A DNA stretch of 64,000 nucleotides from Nemertoderma westbladi. Lineage: Eukaryota > Animalia > Xenacoelomorpha. Within the stretch, counting starts at the first letter, position 1. Each line of letters opens with the position of its first letter. The notes beneath the pieces were generated by a model. The model saw nothing but the letters and a program-made list of their open reading frames with translations. It did not search any database and was not told where the DNA came from. The stretch lies in NCBI GenBank assembly GCA_032718475.1, contig JAUCBJ010001919.1, forward strand, positions 73,673 to 137,672. The letters are read 5' to 3'. This document shows positions 1 to 15,000 of this stretch, in pieces. Both the position numbers and the translations under genes were made by a program.

Positions 1-3000
1 TGTCCTCCTACAGTACTGAATGTCCTCCTACATTACTGAATGTCCTCCTACATTACTGAATATCCTCCTACAGTACTGAATGTCCTCCTACAGTACTGAA
101 TGTCCTCCTACAGTACTGAATGTCCTCCTACATTACATTACTGAATGTCCTCCTACATTACATTACTGAATGTCCTCCTACATTACTGAATATCCTCCTA
201 CATTACTGAATATCCTCCTACATTACTGAATGTCCTCCTACATTACTGAATGTCCTCCTACATTACTGAATGTCCTCCTACATTACTGAATGTCCTCCTA
301 CATTACATTACTGAATGTCCTCCTACATTACAGTACTGAATGTATGTCCTCCTACAGTACTGAATGTCCTCCTACAGTACTGAATGTCCTCCTACAGTAC
401 TGAATGTCCTCCTACATTACTGAATGTCCTCCTACATTACATTACTGAATGTCCTCCTACATTACAGTACTGAATGTCCTCCTACAGTACTGAATGTCCT
501 CCTACATTACTGAATGTCCTCCTACATTACATTACTGAATGTCCTCCTACATTACTGAATATCCTCCTACATTACTGAATGTCCTCCTACATTACATTAC
601 TGAATGTCCTCCTACATTACATTACTGAATGTCCTCCTACATTACTGAATATCCTCCTACATCACTGAATATCCTCCTACATTACATTACTGAATGTCCT
701 CCTACATTACATTACTGAATATCCTCCTACATTACATTACTGAATGTCCTCCTACATTACATTACTGAATGTCCTCCTACATTACATTACTGAATGTCCT
801 CCTACATTACATTACTGAATGTCCTCCTACATTACTGAATGTCCTTCTACATTACTGAATGTCCTTCTACATTACTGAATGTCCTCCTACATTACATTAC
901 TGAATGTCCTTCTACATTACTGAATGTCCTCCTACATTACTGAATGTCCTCCTACATTACATTACTGAATGTCCTTCTACATTACTGAATGTCCTCCTAC
1001 ATTACATTACTGAATGTCCTCCTACATTACATTACTGAATGTCCTCCTACATTACTGAATGTCCTCCTACATTACATTACTGAATGTCCTCCTACATTAC
1101 ATTACTGAATGTCCTCCTACATTACTGAATGTCCTCCTACAGTACTGAATGTCCTCCTACATTACTGAATATCCTCCTACAGTACTGAATGTCCTCCTAC
1201 AGTACTGAATGTCCTCCTACAGTACTGAATGTCCTCCTACAGTACTGAATGTCCTCCTACATTACTGAATATCCTCCTACATTACTGAATGTCCTCCTAC
1301 ATTACATTACTGAATGTCCTCCTACATTACATTACTGAATGTCCTCCTACATTACTGAATATCCTCCTACATTACTGAATATCCTCCTACATTACTGAAT
1401 GTCCTCCTACATTACTGAATATCCTCCATCAGTACTGAATGTCCTCCTACAGTACTGAATGTCCTCCTACAGTACTGAATGTCCTCCTACAGTACTGAAT
1501 GTCCTCCTACATTACTGAATGTCCTCCTACATTACATTACTGAATGTCCTCCTACATTACTGAATGTCCTCCTACATTACTGAATGTCCTCCTACATTAC
1601 TGAATGTCCACCTACATTACTGAATGTCCTCCTACATTACTGAATGTCCTCCTACATTACTGAATGTCCTCCTACATTACTGAATGTCCTCCTACATTAC
1701 TGAATGTCCACCTACATTATTGAATGTCCTCCTACATTACTGAATGTCCTCCTACATTACTGAATGTCCTCCTACATTACTGAATGTCCTCCTACATTAC
1801 ATTACTGAATGTCCACCTACATTACTGAATGTCCTCCTACAGTACTGAATGTCCTCCTACATTACTGAATGTCCTCCTACAGTACTGAATGTCCTCCTAC
1901 ATTACTGAATGTCCTCCTACAGTACTGAATGTCCTCCTACATTACTGAATGTCCTCCTACATTACTGAATGTCCTCCTACATTACATTACTGAATGTCCT
2001 CCTACAGTACTGAATGGCCTCCTACAGTACTGAATGTCCTCCTACATTACTGAATGTCCTCCTACATTACATTACTGAATGTCCTCCTACATTACATTAC
2101 TGAATGTCCTCCTACATTACTGAATATCCTCCTACATTACTGAATATCCTCCTACATTACTGAATGTCCTCCTACATTACTGAATATCCTCCATCAGTAC
2201 TGAATGTCCTCCTACAGTACTGAATGTCCTCCTACAGTACTGAAAGTCCTCCTACAGTACTGAAAGTCCTCCTACAGTACTGAATGTCCTCCTACAGTTC
2301 TGAATGTCTTCCTACAGTACTGAATGTCCTCCTACATTACTGAATGTCCTCCTACATTACATTACTGAATGTCCTCCTACATTACTGAATGTCCTCCTAC
2401 ATTACTGAATGTCCACCTACATTACTGAATGTCCTCCTACATTACTGAATGTCCTCCTACATACTGAATGTCCTCCTACATTACTGAATGTCCTCCTACA
2501 TTACTGAATGTCCACCTACATTATTGAATGTCCTCCTACATTACTGAATGTCCTCCTACATTACTGAATGTCCTCCTACATTACTGAATGTCCTCCTACA
2601 TTACATTACTGAATGTCCACCTACATTACTGAATGTCCTCCTACATTACTGAATGTCCTCCTACATTACTGAATGTCCTCCTACATTACTGAATGTCCAC
2701 CTACATTACTGAATGTCCTCCTACATTACTGAATGTCCCCCTACATTACTGAATGTCCTCCTACATTACTGAATGTCCTCCTACATTACTGAATATCCTC
2801 CATCAGTACTGAATGTCCTCCTACAGTACTGAATGTCCTCCTACAGTACTGAATGTCCTCCTACATTACTGAATGTCCTCCTACAGTACTGAATGTCCTC
2901 CTACATTACTGAATGTCCTCCTACAGTACTGAATGTCCTCCTACATTACTGAATGTCCTCCTACATTACTGAATGTCCTCCTACATTACATTACTGAATG

Positions 3001-6000
3001 TCCTCCTACAGTACTGAATGGCCTCCTACAGTACTGAATGTCCTCCTACATTACTGAATGTCCTCCTACATTACATTACTGAATGTCCTCCTACATTACA
3101 TTACTGAATGTTCTCTTACATTACTGAATATCCTCCTACATTACTGAATATCCTCCTACATTACTGAATGTCCTCCTACATTACTGAATATCCTCCATCA
3201 GTACTGAATGTCCTCCTACAGTACTGAATGTCCTCCTACAGTACTGAAAGTCCTCCTACAGTACTGAAAGTCCTCCTACAGTACTGAATGTCCTCCTACA
3301 GTACTGAATGTCCTCCTACAGTACTGAATGTCCTCCTACAGTACTGAATGTCCTCCTACAGTACTGAATGTCCTCCTACATTACTGAATATCCTCCTACA
3401 TTACTGAATGTCCTCCTACATTAGATTACTGAATGTCCTCCTACGTTACTGAATGTCCTCCTACATTACATTACTGAATGTCCTCCTACATTACTGAATA
3501 TCCTCCTACATTACTGAATGTCCTCCTACATTACTGAATGTCCTCCTACATTACTGAATGTCCTCCTACATTACTGAATGTCCTCCTACATTACTGAATG
3601 TCCTCCTACATTACTGAATGAATGTCCTCCTACATTACTGAATGTCCTCCTACATTACTGAATGTCCTCCTACATTACTGAATGTCCTCCTACATTACTG
3701 AATGTCCTCCTACATTACTGAATGTCCTCCTACATTACTGAATGTCCTCCTACATTACTGAATGTCCTCCTACATTACTGAATGTCCTCCTACATTACTG
3801 AATGTCCTCCTACATTACTGAATGTCCTCCTACATTACATTACTGAATTTTCTCCTACATTACTGAATATCCTCCTACATTACATTACTGAATGTCCTCC
3901 TACAGTACTGAAAGTCCTCATACAGTACTGAATGTCCTCCTACAGTACTGAATGTCCTCCTACATTACTGAATATCCTCCTACATTACTGAATGTCCTCC
4001 TACATTACATTACTGAATGTCCTCCTACATTACTGAATGTCCTCCTACATTACATTACTGAATGTCCTCCTACATTACTGAATATCCTCCTACATTACTG
4101 AATGTCCTCCTACATTACTGAATGTCCTCCTACATTACTGAATGTCCTCCTACATTACTGAATGTCCTCCTACATTACTGAATGTCCTCCTACATTACAT
4201 TACTGAATGTCCTCCTACATTACATTACTGAATGTCCTCCTACATTACTGAATGTCCTCCTACAGTACTGAATGTCCTCCTACATTACTGAATGTCCTCC
4301 TGCATTACTGAATATCCTCCTACAGTACTGAATGTCCTCCTACAGTACTGAATGTCCTCCTACAGTACTGAATGTCCTCCTACAGTACTGAATGTCCTCC
4401 TACATTACTGAAAATCCTCCTACATTACTGAATGTCCTCCTACATTACATTACTGAATGTCCTCCTACATTACATTACTGAATGTCCTCCTACATTACTG
4501 AATATCCTCCTACATTACTGAATATCCTCCTACATTACTGAATGTCCTCCTACATTACTGAATGTCCTCCTACATTACTGAATGTCCTCCTACATTACAT
4601 TACTGAATGTCCTCCTACATTACAGTACTGAATGTATGTCCTCCTACAGTACTGAATGTCCTCCTACAGTACTGAATGTCCTCCTACAGTACTGAATGTC
4701 CTCCTACATTACTGAATGTCCTCCTACATTACATTACTGAATGTCCTCCTACATTACAGTACTGAATGTCCTCCTACAGTACTGAATGTCCTCCTACATT
4801 ACTGAATGTCCTCCTACATTACATTACTGAATGTCCTCCTACATTACTGAATATCCTCCTACATTACTGAATGTCCTCCTACATTACATTACTGAATGTC
4901 CTCCTACATTACATTACTGAATGTCCTCCTACATTACTGAATATCCTCCTACATCACTGAATATCCTCCTACATTACATTACTGAATGTCCTCCTACATT
5001 ACATTACTGAATATCCTCCTACATTACATTACTGAATGTCCTCCTACATTACATTACTGAATGTCCTCCTACATTACATTACTGAATGTCCTCCTACATT
5101 ACATTACTGAATGTCCTCCTACATTACTGAATGTCCTTCTACATTACTGAATGTCCTCCTACATTACATTACTGAATGTCCTTCTACATTACTGAATGTC
5201 CTCCTACATTACTGAATGTCCTCCTACATTACATTACTGAATGTCCTTCTACATTACTGAATGTCCTCCTACATTACATTACTGAATGTCCTCCTACATT
5301 ACATTACTGAATGTCCTCCTACATTACTGAATGTCCTCCTACATTACATTACTGAATGTCCTCCTACATTACATTACTGAATGTCCTCCTACATTACTGA
5401 ATGTCCTCCTACAGTACTGGATGTCCTCCTACATTACTGAATATCCTCCTACAGTACTGAATGTCCTCCTACAGTACTGAATGTCCTCCTACAGTACTGA
5501 ATGTCCTCCTACAGTACTGAATGTCCTCCTACATTACTGAATATCCTCCTACATTACTGAATGTCCTCCTACATTACATTACTGAATGTCCTCCTACATT
5601 ACATTACTGAATGTCCTCCTACATTACTGAATATCCTCCTACATTACTGAATATCCTCCTACATTACTGAATGTCCTCCTACATTACTGAATATCCTCCA
5701 TCAGTACTGAATGTCCTCCTACAGTACTGAATGTCCTCCTACAGTACTGAATGTCCTCCTACAGTACTGAATGTCATCCTACATTACTGAATGTCCTCCT
5801 ACATTACATTACTGAATGTCCTCCTACATTACTGAATGTCCTCCTACATTACTGAATGTCCTCCTACATTACTGAATGTCCACCTACATTACTGAATGTC
5901 CTCCTACATTACTGAATGTCCTCCTACATTACTGAATGTCCGCCTACATTACTGAATGTCCTCCTACATTACTGAATGTCCACCTACATTATTGAATGTC

Positions 6001-9000
6001 CTCCTACATTACTGAATGTCCTCCTACATTACTGAATGTCCTCCTACATTACTGAATGTCCTCCTACATTACATTACTGAATGTCCACCTACATTACTGA
6101 ATGTCCTCCTACATTACTGAATGTCCTCCTACATTACTGAATGTCCTCCTACATTACTGAATGTCCACCTACATTACTGAATGTCCTCCTACATTACTGA
6201 ATGTCCCCCTACATTACTGAATGTCCTCCTACATTACTGAATGTCCTCCTACATTACTGAATATCCTCCATCAATACTGAATATCCTCCTACAGTACTGA
6301 ATGTCCTCCTACAGTACTGAATGTCCTCCTACATTACTGAATGTCCTCCTACAGTACTGAATGTCCTCCTACATTACTGAATGTCCTCCTACAGTACTGA
6401 ATGTCCTCCTACATTACTGAATGTCCTCCTACATTACTGAATGTCCTCCTACATTACATTACTGAATGTCCTCCTACAGTACTGAATGGCCTCCTACAGT
6501 ACTGAATGTCCTCCTACATTACTGAATGTCCTCCTACATTACATTACTGAATGTCCTCCTACATTACATTACTGAATGTCCTCCTACATTACTGAATATC
6601 CTCCTACATTACTGAACATCCTCCTACATTACTGAATGTCCTCCTACATTACTGAATATCCTCCATCAGTACTGAATGTCCTCCTACAGTACTGAATGTC
6701 CTCCTACAGTACTGAAAGTCCTCCTACAGTACTGAAAGTCCTCCTACAGTACTGAATGTCCTCCTACAGTTCTGAATGTCTTCCTACAGTACTGAATGTC
6801 CTCCTACATTACTGAATGTCCTCCTACATTACATTACTGAATGTCCTCCTACATTACTGAATGTCCTCCTACATTACTGAATGTCCACCTACATTACTGA
6901 ATGTCCTCCTACATTACTGAATGTCCTCCTACATTACTGAATGTCCTCCTACATTACTGAATGTCCTCCTACATTACTGAATGTCCACCTACATTATTGA
7001 ATGTCCTCCTACATTACTGAATGTCCTCCTACATTACTGAATGTCCTCCTACATTACTGAATGTCCTCCTACATTACATTACTGAATGTCCACCTACATT
7101 ACTGAATGTCCTCCTACATTACTGAATGTCCTCCTACATTACTGAATGTCCTCCTACATTACTGAATGTCCACCTACATTACTGAATGTCCTCCTACATT
7201 ACTGAATGTCCCCCTACATTACTGAATGTCCTCCTACATTACTGAATGTCCTCCTACATTACTGAATATCCTCCATCAGTACTGAATGTCCTCCTACAGT
7301 ACTGAATGTCCTCCTACAGTACTGAATGTCCTCCTACATTACTGAATGTCCTCCTACAGTACTGAATGTCCTCCTACATTACTGAATGTCCTCCTACAGT
7401 ACTGAATGTCCTCCTACATTACTGAATGTCCTCCTACATTACTGAATGTCCTCCTACATTACATTACTGAATGTCCTCCTACAGTACTGAATGGCCTCCT
7501 ACAGTACTGAATGTCCTCCTACATTACTGAATGTCCTCCTACATTACATTACTGAATGTCCTCCTACATTACATTACTGAATGTCCTCTTACATTACTGA
7601 ATATCCTCCTACATTACTGAATATCCTCCTACATTACTGAATGTCCTCCTACATTACTGAATATCCTCCATCAGTACTGAATGTCCTCCTACAGTACTGA
7701 ATGTCCTCCTACAGTACTGAAAGTCCTCCTACAGTACTGAAAGTCCTCCTACAGTACTGAATGTCCTCCTACAGTTCTGAATGTCTTCCTACAGTACTGA
7801 ATGTCCTCCTACATTACTGAATGTCCTCCTACATTACATTACTGAATGTCCTCCTACATTACTGAATGTCCTCCTACATTACTGAATGTCCACCTACATT
7901 ACTGAATGTCCTCCTACATTACTGAATGTCCTCCTACATTACTGAATGTCCTCCTACATTACTGAATGTCCTCCTACATTACTGAATGTCCACCTACATT
8001 ATTGAATGTCCTCCTACATTACTGAATGTCCTCCTACATTACTGAATGTCCTCCTACATTACTGAATGTCCTCCTACATTACATTACTGAATGTCCACCT
8101 ACATTACTGAATGTCCTCCTACATTACTGAATGTCCTCCTACATTACTGAATGTCCTCCTACATTACTGAATGTCCACCTACATTACTGAATGTCCTCCT
8201 ACATTACTGAATGTCCCCCTACATTACTGAATGTCCTCCTACATTACTGAATGTCCTCCTACATTACTGAATATCCTCCATCAGTACTGAATGTCCTCCT
8301 ACAGTACTGAATGTCCTCCTACAGTACTGAATGTCCTCCTACATTACTGAATGTCCTCCTACAGTACTGAATGTCCTCCTACATTACTGAATGTCCTCCT
8401 ACAGTACTGAATGTCCTCCTACATTACTGAATGTCCTCCTACATTACTGAATGTCCTCCTACATTACATTACTGAATGTCCTCCTACAGTACTGAATGGC
8501 CTCCTACAGTACTGAATGTCCTCCTACATTACTGAATGTCCTCCTACATTACATTACTGAATGTCCTCCTACATTACATTACTGAATGTTCTCTTACATT
8601 ACTGAATATCCTCCTACATTACTGAATATCCTCCTACATTACTGAATGTCCTCCTACATTACTGAATATCCTCCATCAGTACTGAATGTCCTCCTACAGT
8701 ACTGAATGTCCTCCTACAGTACTGAAAGTCCTCCTACAGTACTGAAAGTCCTCCTACAGTACTGAATGTCCTCCTACAGTACTGAATGTCCTCCTACAGT
8801 ACTGAATGTCCTCCTACAGTACTGAATGTCCTCCTACAGTACTGAATGTCCTCCTACATTACTGAATATCCTCCTACATTACTGAATGTCCTCCTACATT
8901 AGATTACTGAATGTCCTCCTACGTTACTGAATGTCCTCCTACATTACATTACTGAATGTCCTCCTACATTACTGAATATCCTCCTACATTACTGAATGTC

Positions 9001-12000
9001 CTCCTACATTACTGAATGTCCTCCTACATTACTGAATGTCCTCCTACATTACTGAATGTCCTCCTACATTACTGAATGTCCTCCTACATTACTGAATGAA
9101 TGTCCTCCTACATTACTGAATGTCCTCCTACATTACTGAATGTCCTCCTACATTACTGAATGTCCTCCTACATTACTGAATGTCCTCCTACATTACTGAA
9201 TGTCCTCCTACATTACTGAATGTCCTCCTACATTACTGAATGTCCTCCTACATTACTGAATGTCCTCCTACATTACTGAATGTCCTCCTACATTACTGAA
9301 TGTCCTCCTACATTACATTACTGAATTTTCTCCTACATTACTGAATATCCTCCTACATTACATTACTGAATGTCCTCCTACAGTACTGAAAGTCCTCATA
9401 CAGTACTGAATGTCCTCCTACAGTACTGAATGTCCTCCTACATTACTGAATATCCTCCTACATTACTGAATGTCCTCCTACATTACATTACTGAATGTCC
9501 TCCTACATTACTGAATGTCCTCCTACATTACATTACTGAATGTCCTCCTACATTACTGAATATCCTCCTACATTACTGAATGTCCTCCTACATTACTGAA
9601 TGTCCTCCTACATTACTGAATGTCCTCCTACATTACTGAATGTCCTCCTACATTACTGAATGTCCTCCTACATTACATTACTGAATGTCCTCCTACATTA
9701 CATTACTGAATGTCCTCCTACATTACTGAATGTCCTCCTACAGTACTGAATGTCCTCCTACATTACTGAATGTCCTCCTGCATTACTGAATATCCTCCTA
9801 CAGTACTGAATGTCCTCCTACAGTACTGAATGTCCTCCTACAGTACTGAATGTCCTCCTACAGTACTGAATGTCCTCCTACATTACTGAAAATCCTCCTA
9901 CATTACTGAATGTCCTCCTACATTACATTACTGAATGTCCTCCTACATTACATTACTGAATGTCCTCCTACATTACTGAATATCCTCCTACATTACTGAA
10001 TATCCTCCTACATTACTGAATGTCCTCCTACATTACTGAATGTCCTCCTACATTACTGAATGTCCTCCTACATTACATTACTGAATGTCCTCCTACATTA
10101 CAGTACTGAATGTATGTCCTCCTACAGTACTGAATGTCCTCCTACAGTACTGAATGTCCTCCTACAGTACTGAATGTCCTCCTACATTACTGAATGTCCT
10201 CCTACATTACATTACTGAATGTCCTCCTACATTACAGTACTGAATGTCCTCCTACAGTACTGAATGTCCTCCTACATTACTGAATGTCCTCCTACATTAC
10301 ATTACTGAATGTCCTCCTACATTACTGAATATCCTCCTACATTACTGAATGTCCTCCTACATTACATTACTGAATGTCCTCCTACATTACATTACTGAAT
10401 GTCCTCCTACATTACTGAATATCCTCCTACATCACTGAATATCCTCCTACATTACATTACTGAATGTCCTCCTACATTACATTACTGAATATCCTCCTAC
10501 ATTACATTACTGAATGTCCTCCTACATTACATTACTGAATGTCCTCCTACATTACATTACTGAATGTCCTCCTACATTACATTACTGAATGTCCTCCTAC
10601 ATTACTGAATGTCCTTCTACATTACTGAATGTCCTCCTACATTACATTACTGAATGTCCTTCTACATTACTGAATGTCCTCCTACATTACTGAATGTCCT
10701 CCTACATTACATTACTGAATGTCCTTCTACATTACTGAATGTCCTCCTACATTACATTACTGAATGTCCTCCTACATTACATTACTGAATGTCCTCCTAC
10801 ATTACTGAATGTCCTCCTACATTACATTACTGAATGTCCTCCTACATTACATTACTGAATGTCCTCCTACATTACTGAATGTCCTCCTACAGTACTGGAT
10901 GTCCTCCTACATTACTGAATATCCTCCTACAGTACTGAATGTCCTCCTACAGTACTGAATGTCCTCCTACAGTACTGAATGTCCTCCTACAGTACTGAAT
11001 GTCCTCCTACATTACTGAATATCCTCCTACATTACTGAATGTCCTCCTACATTACATTACTGAATGTCCTCCTACATTACATTACTGAATGTCCTCCTAC
11101 ATTACTGAATATCCTCCTACATTACTGAATATCCTCCTACATTACTGAATGTCCTCCTACATTACTGAATATCCTCCATCAGTACTGAATGTCCTCCTAC
11201 AGTACTGAATGTCCTCCTACAGTACTGAATGTCCTCCTACAGTACTGAATGTCATCCTACATTACTGAATGTCCTCCTACATTACATTACTGAATGTCCT
11301 CCTACATTACTGAATGTCCTCCTACATTACTGAATGTCCTCCTACATTACTGAATGTCCACCTACATTACTGAATGTCCTCCTACATTACTGAATGTCCT
11401 CCTACATTACTGAATGTCCGCCTACATTACTGAATGTCCTCCTACATTACTGAATGTCCACCTACATTATTGAATGTCCTCCTACATTACTGAATGTCCT
11501 CCTACATTACTGAATGTCCTCCTACATTACTGAATGTCCTCCTACATTACATTACTGAATGTCCACCTACATTACTGAATGTCCTCCTACATTACTGAAT
11601 GTCCTCCTACATTACTGAATGTCCTCCTACATTACTGAATGTCCACCTACATTACTGAATGTCCTCCTACATTACTGAATGTCCCCCTACATTACTGAAT
11701 GTCCTCCTACATTACTGAATGTCCTCCTACATTACTGAATATCCTCCATCAATACTGAATATCCTCCTACAGTACTGAATGTCCTCCTACAGTACTGAAT
11801 GTCCTCCTACATTACTGAATGTCCTCCTACAGTACTGAATGTCCTCCTACATTACTGAATGTCCTCCTACAGTACTGAATGTCCTCCTACATTACTGAAT
11901 GTCCTCCTACATTACTGAATGTCCTCCTACATTACATTACTGAATGTCCTCCTACAGTACTGAATGGCCTCCTACAGTACTGAATGTCCTCCTACATTAC

Positions 12001-15000
12001 TGAATGTCCTCCTACATTACATTACTGAATGTCCTCCTACATTACATTACTGAATGTCCTCCTACATTACTGAATATCCTCCTACATTACTGAATATCCT
12101 CCTACATTACTGAATGTCCTCCTACATTACTGAATATCCTCCATCAGTACTGAATGTCCTCCTACAGTACTGAATGTCCTCCTACAGTACTGAAAGTCCT
12201 CCTACAGTACTGAAAGTCCTCCTACAGTACTGAATGTCCTCCTACAGTTCTGAATGTCTTCCTACAGTACTGAATGTCCTCCTACATTACTGAATGTCCT
12301 CCTACATTACATTACTGAATGTCCTCCTACATTACTGAATGTCCTCCTACATTACTGAATGTCCACCTACATTACTGAATGTCCTCCTACATTACTGAAT
12401 GTCCTCCTACATTACTGAATGTCCTCCTACATTACTGAATGTCCTCCTACATTACTGAATGTCCACCTACATTATTGAATGTCCTCCTACATTACTGAAT
12501 GTCCTCCTACATTACTGAATGTCCTCCTACATTACTGAATGTCCTCCTACATTACATTACTGAATGTCCACCTACATTACTGAATGTCCTCCTACATTAC
12601 TGAATGTCCTCCTACATTACTGAATGTCCTCCTACATTACTGAATGTCCACCTACATTACTGAATGTCCTCCTACATTACTGAATGTCCCCCTACATTAC
12701 TGAATGTCCTCCTACATTACTGAATGTCCTCCTACATTACTGAATATCCTCCATCAGTACTGAATGTCCTCCTACAGTACTGAATGTCCTCCTACAGTAC
12801 TGAATGTCCTCCTACATTACTGAATGTCCTCCTACAGTACTGAATGTCCTCCTACATTACTGAATGTCCTCCTACAGTACTGAATGTCCTCCTACATTAC
12901 TGAATGTCCTCCTACATTACTGAATGTCCTCCTACATTACATTACTGAATGTCCTCCTACAGTACTGAATGGCCTCCTACAGTACTGAATGTCCTCCTAC
13001 ATTACTGAATGTCCTCCTACATTACATTACTGAATGTCCTCCTACATTACATTACTGAATGTCCTCTTACATTACTGAATATCCTCCTACATTACTGAAT
13101 ATCCTCCTACATTACTGAATGTCCTCCTACATTACTGAATATCCTCCATCAGTACTGAATGTCCTCCTACAGTACTGAATGTCCTCCTACAGTACTGAAA
13201 GTCCTCCTACAGTACTGAAAGTCCTCCTACAGTACTGAATGTCCTCCTACAGTACTGAATGTCCTCCTACAGTACTGAATGTCCTCCTACATTACTGAAT
13301 GTCCTCCTACATTACATTACTGAATGTCCTCCTACATTACTGAATGTCCTCCTACATTACTGAATGTCCACCTACATTACTGAATGTCCTCCTACATTAC
13401 TGAATGTCCTCCTACATTACTGAATGTCCTCCTATATTACTGAATGTCCTCCTACATTACTGAATGTCCACCTACATTACTGAATGTCCTCCTACATTAC
13501 TGAATGTCCTCCTACATTACTGAATGTCCTCCTACATTACTGAATGTCCTCCTACATTACATTACTGAATGTCCTCCTACATTACTGAATGTCCTCCTAC
13601 ATTACTGAATGCCCTCCTACATTACTGAATGTCCTCCTACATTACTGAATGTCCACCTACATTACTGAATGTCCTCCTACATTACTGAATGTCCCCCTAC
13701 ATTACTGAATGTCCTCCTACATTACATTACTGAATGCCCTCCTACATTACTGAATGTCCTCCTACATTACTGAATATCCTCCATCAGTACTGAATGTCCT
13801 CCTACAGTACTGAATGTCCTCCTACAGTACTGAATGTCCTCCTACATTACTGAATGTCCTCCTACAGTACTGAATGTCCTCCTACATTACTGAATGTCCT
13901 CCTACATTACTGAATGTCCTCCTACATTACATTACTGAATGTCCTCCTTCAGTACTGAATGGCCTCCTCCAGTACTGAATGTCCTCCTACATTACTGAAT
14001 GTCCTCCTACATTACATTACTGAATGTCCTCCTACATTACATTACTGAATGTCCTCCTACATTACTGAATATCCTCCTACATTACTGAATATCCTCCTAC
14101 ATTACTGAATGTCCTCCTACATTACTGAATATCCTCCATCAGTACTGAATGTCCTCCTACAGTACTGAATGTCCTCCTACAGTACTGAAAGTCCTCCTAC
14201 AGTACTGAAAGTCCTCCTACAGTACTGAATGTCCTCCTACAGTACTGAATGTCCTCCTACAGTACTGAATGTCCTCCTACATTACTGAATGTCCTCCTAC
14301 ATTACATTACTGAATGTCCTCCTACATTACTGAATGTCCTCCTACATTACTGAATGTCCACCTACATTACTGAATGTCCTCCTACATTACTGAATGTCCT
14401 CCTACATTACTGAATGTCCTCCTACATTACTGAATGTCCTCCTACATTACTGAATGTCCACCTACATTATTGAATGTCCTCCTACATTACTGAATGTCCT
14501 CCTACATTACTGAATGTCCTCCTACATTACTGAATGTCCTCCTACATTACATTACTGAATGTCCACCTACATTACTGAATGTCCTCCTACATTACTGAAT
14601 GTCCTCCTACATTACTGAATGTCCTCCTACATTACTGAATGTCCACCTACATTACTGAATGTCCTCCTACATTACTGAATGTCCCCCTACATTACTGAAT
14701 ATCCTCCTACATTACTGAATATCCTCCTACATTACTGAATGTCCTCCTACATTACTGAATGTCCTCCTACATTACATTACTGAATGTCCTCCTACATTAC
14801 TGAATGTCCTCCTACATTACTGAATGTCCACCTACATTACTGAATGTCCTCCTACATTACTGAATGTCCTCCTACATTACTGAATGTCCTCCTATATTAC
14901 TGAATGTCCTCCTACATTACTGAATGTCCACCTACATTACTGAATGTCCTCCTACATTACTGAATGTCCTCCTACATTACTGAATGTCCTCCTACATTAC